Positions 61,719-64,000 of a stretch of DNA of 64,000 bases are shown here, one piece after another; position 1 is the first letter of the stretch; each line of letters opens with the position of its first letter. The notes beneath the pieces were generated by a model, which searched no databases, was not told the origin of the DNA, and saw nothing but the letters and a program-made list of their open reading frames with translations. Made by a program: the position numbers and the translations under genes. Origin of the DNA: Candidatus Latescibacterota bacterium (GTDB taxonomy: Bacteria; Latescibacterota; UBA2968; UBA8231); contig CBDCNM010000002.1 in NCBI GenBank assembly GCA_965219385.1, positions 3,296,305-3,360,304 of the forward strand. Reading direction: 5' to 3'.

Positions 61719-63194
61719 ATGAGTTACATCCTGGGTATTGATCTGGGCACCAGTGGTATCAAGGCGGTGCTGGTAGGCGATGAGGGCGGCATCGCCGCCA
61801 CCTCCAGCGCGGCTTACCCGCTGCTGAAACCCCGGCCCCGCTGGGTGGAGCAAAATCCGGAGGACTGGTGGCAGGCCCTGTGCCGGGCGGTGCGGGCGGT
61901 GCTGGAAGAGGCCGGCATTTCCGGACCACAGATCAGGGGCGTGGCGCTTTCGGGCCAGATCAACGGAGCGGTCTTCGTAGACCAGCAGGGCGACCTGCTG
62001 CGCAACGCCATGATCTGGCTGGATCAGCGCTCTCAGGCCGAGTGCGACCAGGGCAACGAATTGGCCGGGACATTGATCCGCCAGCAGGCCATGATTCATC
62101 TCAGCCCGGTCAACACCCTGGCCAAGGTGCTCTGGATACGCCGGCATCAGCCCCAGGTCTACGACCAGGCCCGCGCCCTGCTGGCGCCCAAGGACTGGCT
62201 GAACTTTGCCCTCACCGGAGTCGCCAGAGCGGAAATAACCGATGCCTCGACCACCGGTGCCTTCAACCTGTACCAGCGCGGCTGGTCGGGCGAAATTCTG
62301 GAAAGCCTGGAACTGAAGGCCGAACTCTTTCAGCCATTGGTCGAATCGACCGAACGGGTGGGAGAGGTGCGCCCCGCCGCGGCAGAGGCGACCGGCCTGG
62401 CAGTCGGGACGCCGGTATTTGGCGGCGGCGGGGACATCCCCTGCATGGTCCTGGGCAGCGGGGTAATACGTCCGGGGATTGTGAGCGTGGGTATTGGCAC
62501 CGCCGGCCACGCCATTGCCTTTGCCGAGCGCCTAGACGAGGCGGCCTTCAATAAACTCTGGCCCATGTGCCATGTGAGTCCCGGCAACTACGCCTGGCTG
62601 GGCTGCACCCTCACCGGCGGCGCTTCCATGAACTGGTTCCGGGATACCTTCGACTGTACCTACGAGGAGCTGAACCGGGAAGCCGAGGAGGTGCCGCCGG
62701 GGGCCGAAGGCCTGGTTTTCATGCCCTGGCTCGAGGGCACGGGTACGCCCCACCCCGATCCTCGCGCCCGGGCCGGTTTCCTGGGCTTGAGCCTGCGCCA
62801 CACCCGCGGCCACATGGTCCGGGCGCTGATGGAGGGGGTAGTGCTGGACCTGCGCCACTCGCTGGAATGCTTCGCGTCCCTCGGATTGCCCATCGAGGAG
62901 GTGCGCATGGGCGAAGGTGGCTCGCGCTCGGCCCTGTGGCGGCAGATCCACGCGGATGTGTTCGGGCGGGATTTGCGGCTCATCGAAACCGAGGATCTGT
63001 CGGCCGTAGGCGCCGCCCTGCTGGCCGGGGTGGGGGGCGGGGTTTTCGCGGATTTTGCAAGCGCCTGTGAGGCGGTGATCAAGCTGGGTGATACGGTGCC
63101 GTGCAATCCAGAGCGGACGGCGTTTTACCGGGAAGCGTACCAGAGTTACTGCCAGCTCTACCCCACCTTGAAGGGATGGTATGGCCGGGCCTGA
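61719..63194 (+). CDS. xylB: Xylulokinase / FGGY carbohydrate kinase
   Basis: LGIDLGTSG, EQNPEDWW, WLDQR, GTAG, RALMEGV, GGSRS.LW.Q. Confidence 0.85.
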   Translation: MSYILGIDLGTSGIKAVLVGDEGGIAATSSAAYPLLKPRPRWVEQNPEDWWQALCRAVRAVLEEAGISGPQIRGVALSGQINGAVFVDQQGDLLRNAMIWLDQRSQAECDQGNELAGTLIRQQAMIHLSPVNTLAKVLWIRRHQPQVYDQARALLAPKDWLNFALTGVARAEITDASTTGAFNLYQRGWSGEILESLELKAELFQPLVESTERVGEVRPAAAEATGLAVGTPVFGGGGDIPCMVLGSGVIRPGIVSVGIGTAGHAIAFAERLDEAAFNKLWPMCHVSPGNYAWLGCTLTGGASMNWFRDTFDCTYEELNREAEEVPPGAEGLVFMPWLEGTGTPHPDPRARAGFLGLSLRHTRGHMVRALMEGVVLDLRHSLECFASLGLPIEEVRMGEGGSRSALWRQIHADVFGRDLRLIETEDLSAVGAALLAGVGGGVFADFASACEAVIKLGDTVPCNPERTAFYREAYQSYCQLYPTLKGWYGRA

Positions 63195-64000
63195 GCCGAA
63201 TCTACCCCTTCCTTGCCCGGTGCCACTAGGGCGTCCAGATCCCAGTCCAGAGGAATCCGCAGGCGGCCCTCGCCCTTGCGGTCGAAGAGCAGGTAGCCGT
63301 GATCCAGACCGAACTGGAAGAGGTTGCGGGTGACTTCCACATCCTTCTTGCAGTACTCGGCGATCAGGTCCATGCGGCCCTCCCTGTACCACTGCAGAGC
63401 CTGCAGGCCATCCGCCGATTTTGGGGTATCCAGGGTGGCCCTGGCCAAAGCGTCCAGACTGATGCGGTATTTGAGACGGCCGTGCACCTCCCGCAGGATG
63501 TCCAGGGTATTGAGTTGGCGGAAGTCGAACCTGGTATACCCTCTGAGCACGCTGTAATCGAAGCCCATGATGTTGAAGCCGATCACCAGGTCGGCACGCT
63601 GCAGGTGCTGGACCAGGGCCTCGGCGTCCTCTTCGAGGTAGGTCTCGAAATCCCCCCGCAGACTATCCCAGACAATGCCCACGGACATGCCCATCAAATA
63701 GGCCTTGTTCCAGCCGCCCACTTCGGCGGCGCTGCGCTGGGTCTCCAGGTCGAATACCACCAGGTGCGGCCCCTGCTTCTTGGGGGCTTCCTCTTCTTCG
63801 GGTTCTTCCTCTTGCTCCCAGCCGGCAAAAATAGGAGGTTCATCCTCCTTGGCCCCGACGGACAGGGACTGGATATCGATGGTTTTGCGGCCGGTGAGGA
63901 TCTGCAGAAGGTGGAGCGAACCGGGCTTGTCCAGGGGCACGTTGCCGGCCCCGCAGGTGGGGAAGTGGATGCAGGAAGGACAGCCGCTGGCGCACTCGCA
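63158..64000 (-). CDS. C-terminal part of a DEAD/DEAH helicase with DUF1998 and RNase H-like exonuclease domains (5'-partial)
   Basis: ECASGCPSC....CGAGNVPLDK, VFDLETQ, GFNIMGFDY, YCKKDV. Confidence 0.8.
   Translation of the reverse strand, partial: CECASGCPSCIHFPTCGAGNVPLDKPGSLHLLQILTGRKTIDIQSLSVGAKEDEPPIFAGWEQEEEPEEEEAPKKQGPHLVVFDLETQRSAAEVGGWNKAYLMGMSVGIVWDSLRGDFETYLEEDAEALVQHLQRADLVIGFNIMGFDYSVLRGYTRFDFRQLNTLDILREVHGRLKYRISLDALARATLDTPKSADGLQALQWYREGRMDLIAEYCKKDVEVTRNLFQFGLDHGYLLFDRKGEGRLRIPLDWDLDALVAPGKEGVDSAQARPYHPFKVG

Noticed and set aside
712..63557. Many long antisense or overlapping ORFs (e.g. 46768-48504, 49431-50546, 51543-52673)
   Set aside because: Shadow ORFs of GC-rich genes with no recognisable motifs.
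1..64000. tRNA or rRNA genes and a tRNA-anchored att site
   Set aside because: None recognised by eye; tRNAscan and Infernal were not run.

Overview
GC-rich bacterial DNA. The eukaryote-like LDL-receptor YWTD surface protein and several PhyH dioxygenases suggest a sponge-symbiont-like organism (inference). The window opens with the 3' part of a giant modular surface protein gene (1-4606). A ~40 kb anti-phage defence island follows (~5.3-45.9 kb). It is built around a DUF1156 methyltransferase / DUF499 ATPase / SNF2-DUF3883 (restriction-like, BREX-related) core and carries DUF262+HEPN, two ABC-ATPase modules, an AlbA_2 protein, a two-gene (split) DSR1-like sirtuin, a frameshifted RT with a putative HEPN tail, XRE-ImmA+PIN, a short type II CBASS (CD-NTase, E2, patatin), helicase+DUF2290, a broken type IIG RM gene and a C5-MTase/GHKL/methyltransferase trio. 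The most striking structure is four diverged, truncated copies of the 5' end of the DUF1156 gene. They lie in direct orientation upstream of the intact gene and separate successive defence cassettes, like an integrase-free cassette array. The rest is metabolic and transport DNA (GmaS/GlnT-like ligase, PhyH, LLM monooxygenase, amidohydrolases, Rieske protein, M24 peptidase, ABC permeases, YbdK, xylulokinase, DUF1998 helicase) with IS remnants and a MITE. Family calls come from motif recognition by eye; no database searches were run.
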